DNA of 64,000 nt from Candidatus Magasanikiibacteriota bacterium (GCA_041674805.1 JBAYVA010000003.1:91029-155028), one strand, 5' to 3'; shown: positions 40,880 to 49,783, counted from the stretch's first letter. Translations and numbers: made by a program. The notes: a model not told the origin generated them from the sequence alone.

Positions 40880-41719
40880 ATGCCAGAAGAAAGTTTACTT
40901 AAAAAAAATGATGCAATAACCTTTTTAAATATTAATGAGGGAGAGTTCAAAAACTATAGTACTTTTAGCAATGAAATAGAAGGAGTAAAAATTAAAGGGC
41001 GATGGTATTTTGATAAGGAAAAACTTAATATATGGAAACAATTAAAAAAAGAAAGGACAATAAATTTATCAATAAAAGAATACGAAACTTGTTTTGAGTT
41101 TGCTATAAAAATGGTTTATGGCGGACTTTCTTTAAATGGAATAAGAGGACAAAGAACAGAAGTTCAAGCTGCTGATGATATAATACTTGGAATATTAGCC
41201 GAACATGCAATCAAAAAATTTCTATACAATAAGTTTTCAATTGATATAAAATTAGACGAATCTGTACATCCAAAAGAAATCACACCTCAAGATTTTGACA
41301 TGATTAAAGATGGTAAAGAATTTAGAATACCAAATCTTGGAGTAGGTATAAAAGCAAGTAAAATAAAAAATGCTTTTTTAGTTTTAGGTTCAAATGAAGT
41401 GGAATTACCTGAAAGAAAAAGTGATGTATATATATTTGCAAGAGTTGGTTTACCAAGTGATCATTTATTTAGAATATTAAGAGATCATTCATTCTTTGGA
41501 AAAGTTAGAAAATTTCTTGATGAAAATATAAATTTTAAAAAAATACTAGAATTAAACACAATTCCAGTTTGGATCTGTGGTTTTGCTTATGTAAATGAAC
41601 TTGAACGAGTAACAGAAATACCAAATCAAAAATTCACTAAGGGCCATAGATATGTAAAAGCTGTTGGTAAACTTCATAACTCTGATACAGAATGGCAAAA
41701 TTTTCTTCAAAAATTATAA
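40880..41719 (+). CDS. Putative type II restriction endonuclease with N-terminal excisionase-like HTH
   Basis: N-terminal HTH_17-like (DAITFLNI...KIKGRWYFDKEKL); G.LAEHAIKKFL, QDFD...VGIKASK PD-(D/E)xK-like core; convergent with a C5 MTase (2-bp gap). Confidence 0.65.
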   Translation: MPEESLLKKNDAITFLNINEGEFKNYSTFSNEIEGVKIKGRWYFDKEKLNIWKQLKKERTINLSIKEYETCFEFAIKMVYGGLSLNGIRGQRTEVQAADDIILGILAEHAIKKFLYNKFSIDIKLDESVHPKEITPQDFDMIKDGKEFRIPNLGVGIKASKIKNAFLVLGSNEVELPERKSDVYIFARVGLPSDHLFRILRDHSFFGKVRKFLDENINFKKILELNTIPVWICGFAYVNELERVTEIPNQKFTKGHRYVKAVGKLHNSDTEWQNFLQKL

Positions 41720-41721
41720 AA

Positions 41722-43290
41722 TTACTCAATCGCTCTTCTAATCTGTTTTGCGACAGCTTTGACAACAGGAACACTCACAGAATTACCAAATTGTTTATAA
41801 AGAGCTGAATCAGACATACCTTTTGGAAGTTTAAAATCCATTGGAAAACCTTGTATTCTAGCACATTCAAGAGGAGTCAGTTTTCTGATTCCTTTTTTAT
41901 CTTTAATAATTGGTACATTATGTCCACCCATTCCCATATTTGCTGTCAAAGTAGGACAAACACCTTTTTTATTTTCACGAACGTATTTTCTACGCCATTG
42001 ATATACAGTATTTGAATTTGTAACATCACCTTTTATCTTTTCATAAAGAGGTTTACCATCATAATAATATTTTTCATCCACATTATCTTCTAACAAATCT
42101 TTTATACTTTTTTTCAATTTTATTGTGGGTGGAAAATTAAATTTTTCATAATGTTTTTTGTCTCTAAAACCAACAATATAAATTCTTTCTCTATTTTGTG
42201 GCACATTACCATATTCCATACTATTCAAAACTTTTGATTTTACATGATAGCCAAGAGATTCCAAAGTATCCAATATAATTCTAAAAGTTTTTCCATTATC
42301 ATGATTTTTCAAATTTTTTACATTTTCAAGCATGAAACCCATTGGTTTTTTTTCTTTTATAATTCTTGCAACATCAAAAAATAAGTTTCCCCTACCTTTC
42401 TTATCATCAAACCCTTCTCTATATCCTGCAATAGAAAACGCCTGGCAAGGAAACCCTCCAAGCAAAAAATCAAAATCTGGTAGTTTTTTTTCATTTACTT
42501 TTTGAATGTCTTCTACAAAAAGTTGAATTCCATCAAAATTTAAGTCATAAGTGTCTTTACACTTTGGTTCAAAATCATTTGCAAACACAGTTTCAAACCC
42601 AGCTTCTTCAAAACCAAGTCTTATTCCACCAACACCTGCAAACAAATCAATAGTTTTGAAGTTTTTTGTTTTTTGTTGTAATTGACTATTGAAATCCCTA
42701 ATTATTTTTACAACAACACCACGAACTTCTACTTCTGTACGATAAAATGGAAGCAAATTTTGATTTGCTGGTTGTAATTTGAATCTATTTTTCTCTTTGT
42801 ATAACTTTTTTAAAGTTGCTTCATTTTCATCTACGATAGCAACTACTGTTTGTCCATTATCTGCATAATCTTGTTTCTTTATTACCACAATATCACCATC
42901 GAAAATACCATCTTCAATCATACTGTCACCAGAAACTTTCAAAGCATACAATTGTTCAGGATCAAAATAAGTATCTCTCGCAATAGTGATAGTATCTCCT
43001 CTAGTTTCTAATGCTTCAATTGGTTGACCAGCAGTAATTGTGCCAACAAGTGGAATTTCTAAAGTATCAATTTTACCAAGTTCTCTAATACTAAGGCCTC
43101 TTGTAGCATTTTCATCCCGCATAATATAACCTTTATCAATAAGTGCGTCTACATGTTGATATACACCAGACAGAGCATTAAGTTTAAAATTTTTTTTCAA
43201 CTCTTCAAAAGTAGGAGAATAACCTTTTTTTTCTATAAAAGATTTTATGTAATCAAAAATTTGTTTTTGTCTCTTAGTTAAACTAGGCAT
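41722..43290 (-). CDS. lexA: LexA repressor fused to DNA (cytosine-5)-methyltransferase
   Basis: aa 1-200 LexA (LTKRQ wHTH, A87-G88, S123 in GDSM, K161); aa ~210-522 C5 MTase (DLFAGVGG, GFPCQ, ENVKNL, QNRERIY, GNSV). Confidence 0.92.
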   Translation of the reverse strand: MPSLTKRQKQIFDYIKSFIEKKGYSPTFEELKKNFKLNALSGVYQHVDALIDKGYIMRDENATRGLSIRELGKIDTLEIPLVGTITAGQPIEALETRGDTITIARDTYFDPEQLYALKVSGDSMIEDGIFDGDIVVIKKQDYADNGQTVVAIVDENEATLKKLYKEKNRFKLQPANQNLLPFYRTEVEVRGVVVKIIRDFNSQLQQKTKNFKTIDLFAGVGGIRLGFEEAGFETVFANDFEPKCKDTYDLNFDGIQLFVEDIQKVNEKKLPDFDFLLGGFPCQAFSIAGYREGFDDKKGRGNLFFDVARIIKEKKPMGFMLENVKNLKNHDNGKTFRIILDTLESLGYHVKSKVLNSMEYGNVPQNRERIYIVGFRDKKHYEKFNFPPTIKLKKSIKDLLEDNVDEKYYYDGKPLYEKIKGDVTNSNTVYQWRRKYVRENKKGVCPTLTANMGMGGHNVPIIKDKKGIRKLTPLECARIQGFPMDFKLPKGMSDSALYKQFGNSVSVPVVKAVAKQIRRAIE

Positions 43291-43401
43291 AAGACTATTG
43301 ACTATTTAATTAATTTAGGTATATAATATCATTATACCGAAAATTAACAGAATTTAAAAGCTATCTTTATCCACAGTTTAAATTAACAAAAGAATAGACA
43401 T

Positions 43402-44808
43402 ATGATTAAAAAAGAGGAGATAGATTTAAAAGTCAAAGAATTTAAAATTCACAGATCAAATGTAGAACGTGACTATATCTTTGGATGGTTTCTTTTTGGA
43501 TTATTCACAATAAGTGATCTAAAAGAAAATATTTTTTTAAAAGGAGGTAATGCATTACGTAAGTGCTACTTTGAAAACACACGTTTTTCTTCGGATATAG
43601 ACTTAGGAATACCTGGGGACATTAATCAAGAAATATTAATGACAGAAATAAACAAAGTATGTGACTTTATACAAAATAAAACAAAGATACTATTTTCAAA
43701 AGAAGAAAATCGTATTGATGAAAAATTTTCAGCAACTGATGCCCCAATACCTGATCTAAAAGTCTACGAAGTAAGAATATATTTCAAAGACTTTTATGGA
43801 GATGCAGATCATTTAAAAATAAAAATATCAATGGACATAACTAGATTTGACAAAGTCTTACTACCAATTCAAAACTTAGATTTAATACACCCATATTCTG
43901 ATAAAAATCAGTTAAACTGTAAAATCAGATGCATGAAGCTGGAAGAAATAATAGCAACAAAACTTAAATGTATTCTACAAAGGCAACATGCCCCTGATTT
44001 ATTTGACTATGTCTATTCAATAAAACTACCTGAGAGTACTCTCAATAGAAAAGAACTAATTCAAACTTTTATCAAAAAAACAATATTTTCTAAAAACCCA
44101 CACGTAGTTAAAGAAATACTAATTAAAACACAATTCAAATATTTTAAAGAAATGTGGACTAAAACTATTATCTGTGCAAAATCTATTATGTTTGATGTAG
44201 AAGGAGCAATAGAAACTTTTATTTCTGATATGGAAGAAATATTTAAAATTTATCCCAATAGTGGATTACGAAATTTTACTTTTTTCGAAGCTACTTTAAG
44301 ATTACCGATAATGGAAGCCGGAAGAGCACAAACTCTGTTGAAAGTAACTTACAAAAATGAAGAACGAATATTAGAACCATACTCATTAAAGTATAAAGAA
44401 AGAAAAGATGGTACAGAATGGGAATATTTATACGCTTATAAATTAAACGGTGGAAAAAGTGAACCAGGCATAAGAAGTTTTCTTGCAAAAGACTTTCAGT
44501 CCATAGAGAATACAGAAAAAAAATTTACACCACAATATCAAATTGAACTATGTAAAGCTGGTGAAATACCAGAAAAAAAATACCTTTTTGACCAAAATAA
44601 ACCAGCCAAAAGACCAAAATTAAAAAACATTTTTAATTCTTATCTAGGTAAAATCAAAAATGAAATCCGATACATTTATGAATGTAATTATTGTGGAAAA
44701 AAATTTACAAAAAATAAAAATACCCCCATTATTAGAAAGCATAAAACAAAAGGTGGATATCTTTGCAATAGTGTTTATGGATATTATATAGATACAAAAT
44801 ATTATTAA
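43402..44808 (+). CDS. AbiEii-type nucleotidyltransferase with C-terminal WYL-like domain and Zn finger
   Basis: LKGGNALRKCYF...RFSSDIDL, EEIIATKL, PDLFD; LKVTY...RILEPYSL...IRSF; CNYC...H...C tail. Confidence 0.75.
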   Translation: MIKKEEIDLKVKEFKIHRSNVERDYIFGWFLFGLFTISDLKENIFLKGGNALRKCYFENTRFSSDIDLGIPGDINQEILMTEINKVCDFIQNKTKILFSKEENRIDEKFSATDAPIPDLKVYEVRIYFKDFYGDADHLKIKISMDITRFDKVLLPIQNLDLIHPYSDKNQLNCKIRCMKLEEIIATKLKCILQRQHAPDLFDYVYSIKLPESTLNRKELIQTFIKKTIFSKNPHVVKEILIKTQFKYFKEMWTKTIICAKSIMFDVEGAIETFISDMEEIFKIYPNSGLRNFTFFEATLRLPIMEAGRAQTLLKVTYKNEERILEPYSLKYKERKDGTEWEYLYAYKLNGGKSEPGIRSFLAKDFQSIENTEKKFTPQYQIELCKAGEIPEKKYLFDQNKPAKRPKLKNIFNSYLGKIKNEIRYIYECNYCGKKFTKNKNTPIIRKHKTKGGYLCNSVYGYYIDTKYY

Positions 44809-44833
44809 AAAACCACTTTCCCAAGTGGTTTTT
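44807..44833. terminator. Terminator hairpin (duplicated at 45867-45894)
   Basis: aaaaaaccactt-tccc-aagtggttttt. Confidence 0.8.
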
Positions 44834-44895
44834 AATTTGCTAGAAAATACCGATAATGCTAAACTTAGGCTATAATTTATATATCATATTTTGCT

Positions 44896-45513
44896 ATGGA
44901 AAAAAATTATTTAGAAAAAAATATAAAACATTTTAGTCGACGTGAATTTTTTTATCAATTTTTACTTGCTTTAGTTCCCTACTATTTGGGAGTAAAAATT
45001 GGAGTAAAGCAGAGTTGGGGTAATCTTATGATTGGCATTCTACTAGGTTTTATTGTGGTTATTTTTTTATATCTACGTGATCATAGTGTCAAAAATCTTA
45101 AAAATTATACAAAAGGATTGAAACTAGAAAAACAACTACAGAAAAAATTAGACACAATGAATATCACCTATGAAAAAAATCTTAAGACAAACAATGGTGA
45201 TTTAGATTTATTAATCCAAAAAAATAATAATTATTATGGTATAGAAATCAAAAATTGGTCTGGTACTGTCGAATGGAAAAATAACCTTCTTATGTCTGGG
45301 ATATATGACAAGACAGACATATTGAAAAAATTGTTGGGCAGTTGTCTTTTTATAAAAAATAGTAAATTTGGTGAAAATCCAAAAATATTTGTAAAACCTG
45401 TCCTTGTCTTTGGCTACGAAACCAACTTAAAAATACCAAACAACAAAATCATATTCCACAATATAGAAATACTCATATTTAGCATACAAGATTTACCACA
45501 AAATTTAAATTAA
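44896..45513 (+). CDS. Membrane-anchored NERD (PD-(D/E)xK) nuclease-domain protein
   Basis: Two TMs, KGLKLEK, GDLDLLI...YGIEIKNWSG. Confidence 0.75.
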   Translation: MEKNYLEKNIKHFSRREFFYQFLLALVPYYLGVKIGVKQSWGNLMIGILLGFIVVIFLYLRDHSVKNLKNYTKGLKLEKQLQKKLDTMNITYEKNLKTNNGDLDLLIQKNNNYYGIEIKNWSGTVEWKNNLLMSGIYDKTDILKKLLGSCLFIKNSKFGENPKIFVKPVLVFGYETNLKIPNNKIIFHNIEILIFSIQDLPQNLN

Positions 45514-45568
45514 ATTACTAAACAAAACATGTCTAATGCTAAAATTATTATATAAATAATATTTATCT

Positions 45569-45853
45569 ATGAAAAAATCATTACCCTTTATTTTAGTCCT
45601 CCTCGTCATTATCCTCTCCGCTGCCTACTTACTCTGGCCAAAATACGTTTCTCACGATAAACAAGCCAACAACGTAGAGAAACCTGCCATCGTAGATTTC
45701 TTCGCCTGCGGGGATTATTGTCCCGGCGCACCAGAACAGTACACTGTAAAAGTATATCAAAACGTCACCGATGAAACACAGTGTAAAGATCTTGGTGGCA
45801 CACCAGCTAGCTTCCAAGGTTGGACAGAAGTACATTATTGTCTAGCAGAATAA
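45569..45853 (+). CDS. Small exported protein with four Cys
   Basis: N-terminal TM/signal; CGDYC...C...C. Confidence 0.65.
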   Translation: MKKSLPFILVLLVIILSAAYLLWPKYVSHDKQANNVEKPAIVDFFACGDYCPGAPEQYTVKVYQNVTDETQCKDLGGTPASFQGWTEVHYCLAE

Positions 45854-45866
45854 AAAATAAATCAAC

Positions 45867-45894
45867 AAAAAAACCACTTTCTCAAGTGGTTTTT
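45867..45894. terminator. Bidirectional terminator at the rplS 3' end
   Basis: aaaaaaaccactt-tctc-aagtggttttt. Confidence 0.8.
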
Positions 45895-45909
45895 CTATTT
45901 TTTGAAATA

Positions 45910-46290
45910 TTATTTTACTTCCTCAGCTTTTACTTCTTCAACTACTTTTTCTGTTTTTTCTTCTTTTACTTCTCTCAATTTTTTCTTGTGTGTTCTCAAG
46001 TAATATGGACGAGCTTGAGAAACTTTCATTTGTCTTACTAATTCAATTTTGTCTACTACTGGGGAATGTAAAGGGAAAATTTTCTCTACACCTACGCCTT
46101 CAGAAATTTTACGAACTGTAAATGTTGCTCCAGCTTCTTGACCATGTTTTACAGCGATTACAATTCCTTCATAAAGCTGAATACGTTCTTTTTCTTCTCC
46201 TTTAGCATTGGTTTCTTTTACTTTTTGGTGAACTTTGACAATCATACCTGCCTTAATTTCACCACGAATATCTTTGATTTCTTTTGACAT
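45910..46290 (-). CDS. rplS: 50S ribosomal protein L19
   Basis: ERIQLYEGIVIA, TFTVRKISEGVGVEKIFPLHSP, YYLR; start moved to MSKEIK. Confidence 0.96.
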   Translation of the reverse strand: MSKEIKDIRGEIKAGMIVKVHQKVKETNAKGEEKERIQLYEGIVIAVKHGQEAGATFTVRKISEGVGVEKIFPLHSPVVDKIELVRQMKVSQARPYYLRTHKKKLREVKEEKTEKVVEEVKAEEVK

Positions 46291-46366
46291 ATATTTTTTA
46301 TTTACGAGAGGTTGGCAGTGATTACCCCAACATACAAGATTTTTAATTAAAGTTAGTGCAGACATT

Positions 46367-46957
46367 TTACACAATATTTCCCTTTTTGTCAAGAGCAAAT
46401 AATCCACGTATAATAGCCTCTGCTTGGTCTACTGATTCGTCCAACTTACCCTCTACATTCTCTATTTTATAGTCGTAAATATGACTATATTTTAGCCATT
46501 TTCTAGCATATTCCATTCTATCTTGGACATATTCTTCACTCCTACCATCCCTATTTCTCACCCTCTTTTCCAGTTGTTCTATAGGAGCAAACACAAATAT
46601 ACTAACGAAGCCCTTGTCCCCCCTCTTTTGTAAAGTTTGAATACCTTGAAGATCCAACTTCAAAACACCTACTTTTCCACTATTTCTTACTCTCTCTATC
46701 TCCTGTTTAGTCACACCGTAATAATTTTCATACTGGATAGCATGTTCAAACATTTTGTCCTCTGCTAGCAAATCTTCAAATTTTTCTTTAGTCAAAAAAT
46801 AATAAGGATGACCTTCACTCTCTTCAGGTCTTTTTTCTCTAGTGGTAGTCGTGATTACTCTCTCTATATCAAGTCTCTTCTCCAACGCACTCATGATACT
46901 ATCTTCCCCTGCTCCCGAAGGACCAGAGATAATAATAATAGGGTAAGGTTTTTCCAT
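46367..46957 (-). CDS. gmk: Guanylate kinase
   Basis: SGPSGAG, TTTTREKRPEE, YYF, NYYG. Confidence 0.93.
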   Translation of the reverse strand: MEKPYPIIIISGPSGAGEDSIMSALEKRLDIERVITTTTREKRPEESEGHPYYFLTKEKFEDLLAEDKMFEHAIQYENYYGVTKQEIERVRNSGKVGVLKLDLQGIQTLQKRGDKGFVSIFVFAPIEQLEKRVRNRDGRSEEYVQDRMEYARKWLKYSHIYDYKIENVEGKLDESVDQAEAIIRGLFALDKKGNIV

Positions 46958-46961
46958 AAAA

Positions 46962-47957
46962 TTATACCAAACTATCCAAATAATCTTTCAAATTTTTTGG
47001 AATATTTTTTTCAAATGAAACTCTATTTTTTTGTAAATCAGTAAATTCCAAATGTTTGGCATGCAAAAACAATCTATCTAAAACTTGATCACCTTTTTTG
47101 ACCAATTTTTTGTTTACATACAATTTGTCACCAACGACAGGGTGACCAAGAGCAAACATATGTACACGAATTTGATGAGTTCTGCCAGTATGAATCTTGA
47201 TTTTCAACAAACTAAATCTTTTGTATCTTTTTTCTACCCAATATTCAGTCAAAGCATTTTTTCCTTCTTGAATTTTGTTGACATTTTTCAATTTCATTTT
47301 ATCAATTTTTGGACGAGATACCATACGACCATTTTCTCCTCTATCTATATCAAAATCTATTATGCCATAATCTTTGACCAAATTACCATAAACTAAAACA
47401 CTATAAATTTTTTCTACTTTTCTTTGTTTGAATTGTTTTTTTATTTTTTCAAAACTATTTTGATTACGAGCAATTACCAAAAGACCTGAAGCTTCTTTGT
47501 CCAATCTATGAACAATACCAGGACGACGTTCACTATCTCCTACTTTGGCAATTTCTGGATATTTGGCAAGCAAACTAGCTACCAAGGTATTTTTTTCCAT
47601 AGCTTGAGTAGGATGTACCAAAATACCAGCCGGCTTATTTATCACAAGATAATCATCTGTTTCAGCCAATACTTCCAATTTTGCCAATTTTTTCTTTGAC
47701 AAGGCTTTGGTAGTGACAGAATTTGCATCACCTTCTACAAGAAGCTTTTCTGACAATACTTCTATAGTTTTAGCAGAAATAAGCTTTTCTCCTGTCTTTT
47801 TTGGAATCTTGTTGTCCAAGAGTACCAAACCAGCATTAATCATTTTTTGTACTTGAGAACGACTAATCCCTATAACTTTGGATAAAAAAACATCAAGACG
47901 TTCTACACGTCCTTCTTCTGTAATATTAAAAATTTGACTATTTTTAGGATTTTTCAT
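46962..47957 (-). CDS. RluA/RluD-family pseudouridine synthase
   Basis: S4 domain, NKPAGILVHP, GIVHRLDKEASG, TGRTHQIRVH; start moved to MKNPKN. Confidence 0.93.
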   Translation of the reverse strand: MKNPKNSQIFNITEEGRVERLDVFLSKVIGISRSQVQKMINAGLVLLDNKIPKKTGEKLISAKTIEVLSEKLLVEGDANSVTTKALSKKKLAKLEVLAETDDYLVINKPAGILVHPTQAMEKNTLVASLLAKYPEIAKVGDSERRPGIVHRLDKEASGLLVIARNQNSFEKIKKQFKQRKVEKIYSVLVYGNLVKDYGIIDFDIDRGENGRMVSRPKIDKMKLKNVNKIQEGKNALTEYWVEKRYKRFSLLKIKIHTGRTHQIRVHMFALGHPVVGDKLYVNKKLVKKGDQVLDRLFLHAKHLEFTDLQKNRVSFEKNIPKNLKDYLDSLV

Positions 47958-47984
47958 AAGTAGAATGATTATACAGCTAAAGAC

Positions 47985-48013
47985 TTGAAAAATCAAGAGC
48001 TATCTGCTATAAT
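47985..48013 (+). promoter_or_regulatory. Sigma70 promoter for the tRNA-Ile/GIY-YIG region
   Basis: TTGAAA-17 nt-TATAAT with extended TG. Confidence 0.65.
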
Positions 48014-48036
48014 CTATTTGTTAAAAGTTTGCATTA

Positions 48037-48100
48037 GGGCCAATAGCTCAGTTGGTTAGTCCCGATAACATCGGGATATAACGTTGGGTTGATAGTTCAA
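48037..48100 (+). repeat. Degenerate tRNA-Ile copy with hairpin insertion
   Basis: gggccaatagctcagttggttag-tcccgataacatcggga-tataacgttggg. Confidence 0.75.
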
Positions 48101-48120
48101 AAGTTAGTTTTATTTTATTA

Positions 48121-48194
48121 GGGCTAGTAGCTCAGTTGGTTAGAGCACAACGCTTATAACGTTGGGGTCGATGGTTCAAGTCCATCCTAGCCTA
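48121..48194 (+). tRNA. tRNA-Ile(UAU)
   Basis: GGGCTAG/CTAGCCT acceptor, GCTC/GAGC D-stem, CAACG-CTTATAA-CGTTG anticodon arm (TAT), GATGG-TTCAAGT-CCATC T-arm, discriminator A. Confidence 0.9.
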
Positions 48195-48198
48195 CAAC

Positions 48199-48275
48199 GT
48201 AGCTCAGTTAGTTATCCCCGATTAAAATCGGAATATAACGTTGGGATTGATAATTCAATTTCATCCTGTGTTACA
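48199..48275 (+). repeat. Degenerate tRNA-Ile copy with hairpin insertion
   Basis: gtagctcagttagtta-tccccgattaaaatcgga-atataacgttggg...ttcaatttcatcct. Confidence 0.7.
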
Positions 48276-48307
48276 AAATGTAGAAATAAAAAAATTCAAT
48301 CAATTTT

Positions 48308-48580
48308 ATGCATTATATATATTTCTTGTGGAGTGAAAAACTTCAAAAAATATATATAGGTGAAACAACAGACGTTTTGGCAAGAATTGACTACCATAAT
48401 AATGGTAGACAAAGATACACTTCTCGAGGTGTACCTTGGACACCCATTGCTTATATAGAATGTGAAAACAGAAATGAAGCACTTGCCGAAGAAAAGAGAC
48501 TGAAAAAATGTAAAAACAGAAAATACTACAAAAAGTATTTATTGGAAAAAGGAAAGAAGATAAAAAATTATAGAAAATAA
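48308..48580 (+). CDS. Stand-alone GIY-YIG nuclease
   Basis: YIYFL...IYIGET.D...R...HNNG...YTSRG.PW...EALAEEKRLK. Confidence 0.9.
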   Translation: MHYIYFLWSEKLQKIYIGETTDVLARIDYHNNGRQRYTSRGVPWTPIAYIECENRNEALAEEKRLKKCKNRKYYKKYLLEKGKKIKNYRK

Positions 48581-48604
48581 TAACTAAATTACTATTTATA
48601 TTAA

Positions 48605-48651
48605 GGCCAATAGCTCAAGCAGGTTAGTCCCGATCAAAATCAGAATATAAC
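48605..48651 (+). repeat. Truncated degenerate tRNA-Ile copy
   Basis: ggccaatagctcaagcaggttag-tcccgatcaaaatcagaa-tataac. Confidence 0.65.
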
Positions 48652-48725
48652 ATACCAAACATCTTCATCTTCTGTTATACTAACAGTAACTAATAATAAA
48701 TCTAAAAAGATTTATTAATCACATT

Positions 48726-49466
48726 ATGCTTTTTAATAAAAGTATCAAATCACTTATTATTGAAGCTCAACAACAAATGAGTCATTCTTTTGATCCTTTA
48801 CATGATTTGCGTCATGTCGAGAGAGTTGTAAAAAATGTCAAAAAAATTTCTGCTCCAATCAAACTCACTCAAATAGAAAGAGATGCTCTTGAATTGGCAG
48901 CTTGGTGGCATGACATTAGTCGTGCTATCAACAACAAGCCATCTATGATTTGGATGGCTATGTTTGATGACAACTTATCAGCTTTGGCTTTACTTTTTTA
49001 TACCATCAAATATCGTATAAAAAACAAAGTTGCTTTGAAAACTTTTGGACTACTTATGTGCAATGGCATGATTACTGGAAAAATAATGACAAAAATTTTT
49101 GCTAACAAAAAAACAAGATTACTTTTGAACTTATTGAAAGATGCTGACATGATGGATCTGATGAATATCAATAGATTTTATGAAGCAACTCAACTAGCAC
49201 AAATGTCAAAAAAAAATTTACGAAAATTTCGTATGCTCATTTGGTACAATTTGAATAGTAATATTTTAGAAATGAAAACATTTGAAGCAAGAATATATAT
49301 TGAAGAAATAATTATAAATTTTTTAGAATGGATATCAAACAAAGAAAATTATTTGTGGCATGAAGAAAATTTTGGTAAAGATTGGATAGACAAAACTATA
49401 AATAAATTACAAGAAACACTAGGAGAAATTACAAAATTAAATAATTTGCAACAAAAGTCAACATAA
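48726..49466 (+). CDS. HD-domain protein
   Basis: HDLRHVERV, AAWWHDI, LKDADMMD. Confidence 0.82.
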   Translation: MLFNKSIKSLIIEAQQQMSHSFDPLHDLRHVERVVKNVKKISAPIKLTQIERDALELAAWWHDISRAINNKPSMIWMAMFDDNLSALALLFYTIKYRIKNKVALKTFGLLMCNGMITGKIMTKIFANKKTRLLLNLLKDADMMDLMNINRFYEATQLAQMSKKNLRKFRMLIWYNLNSNILEMKTFEARIYIEEIIINFLEWISNKENYLWHEENFGKDWIDKTINKLQETLGEITKLNNLQQKST

Positions 49467-49783
49467 AAAATATTTTTAAAAAAAACTTACAAAAAAAATT
49501 TGTAAGTTTTTTATTTTCTAAATTTTTTTTTAGAAAAAATATTTTTTACAAAAGTTATACACAGCTTTTTACAAAAATCTATTTTAAAAAAAGTGAAAAG
49601 GAATTATACTTATAATAATAAAAGGTCGAAAAGATTTTTTACAAAAAAATTTTTAAGAAACTTTTACATCGATGCTTGTCATGTAAAAAATTTCTAATGA
49701 TGTCACACAAATTTTCATTTGGTGTGCACCATGGTCACGTCAAAGTGAACATCAAAAATTTAATATATTGAGGAGGTGAATTT

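Noticed and set aside
43367-43375. Replication origin suggested by a DnaA box (variant also near 49555)
   Set aside because: Isolated boxes with no cluster and no dnaA/dnaN genes nearby.
40880-45853. Prophage or integrative element
   Set aside because: No integrase, transposase or structural genes; it is better described as a small defence island.
46291-46366. L19 leader RNA
   Set aside because: Only a short gttgg/ccaac hairpin is visible; a match to the known family could not be established by eye.
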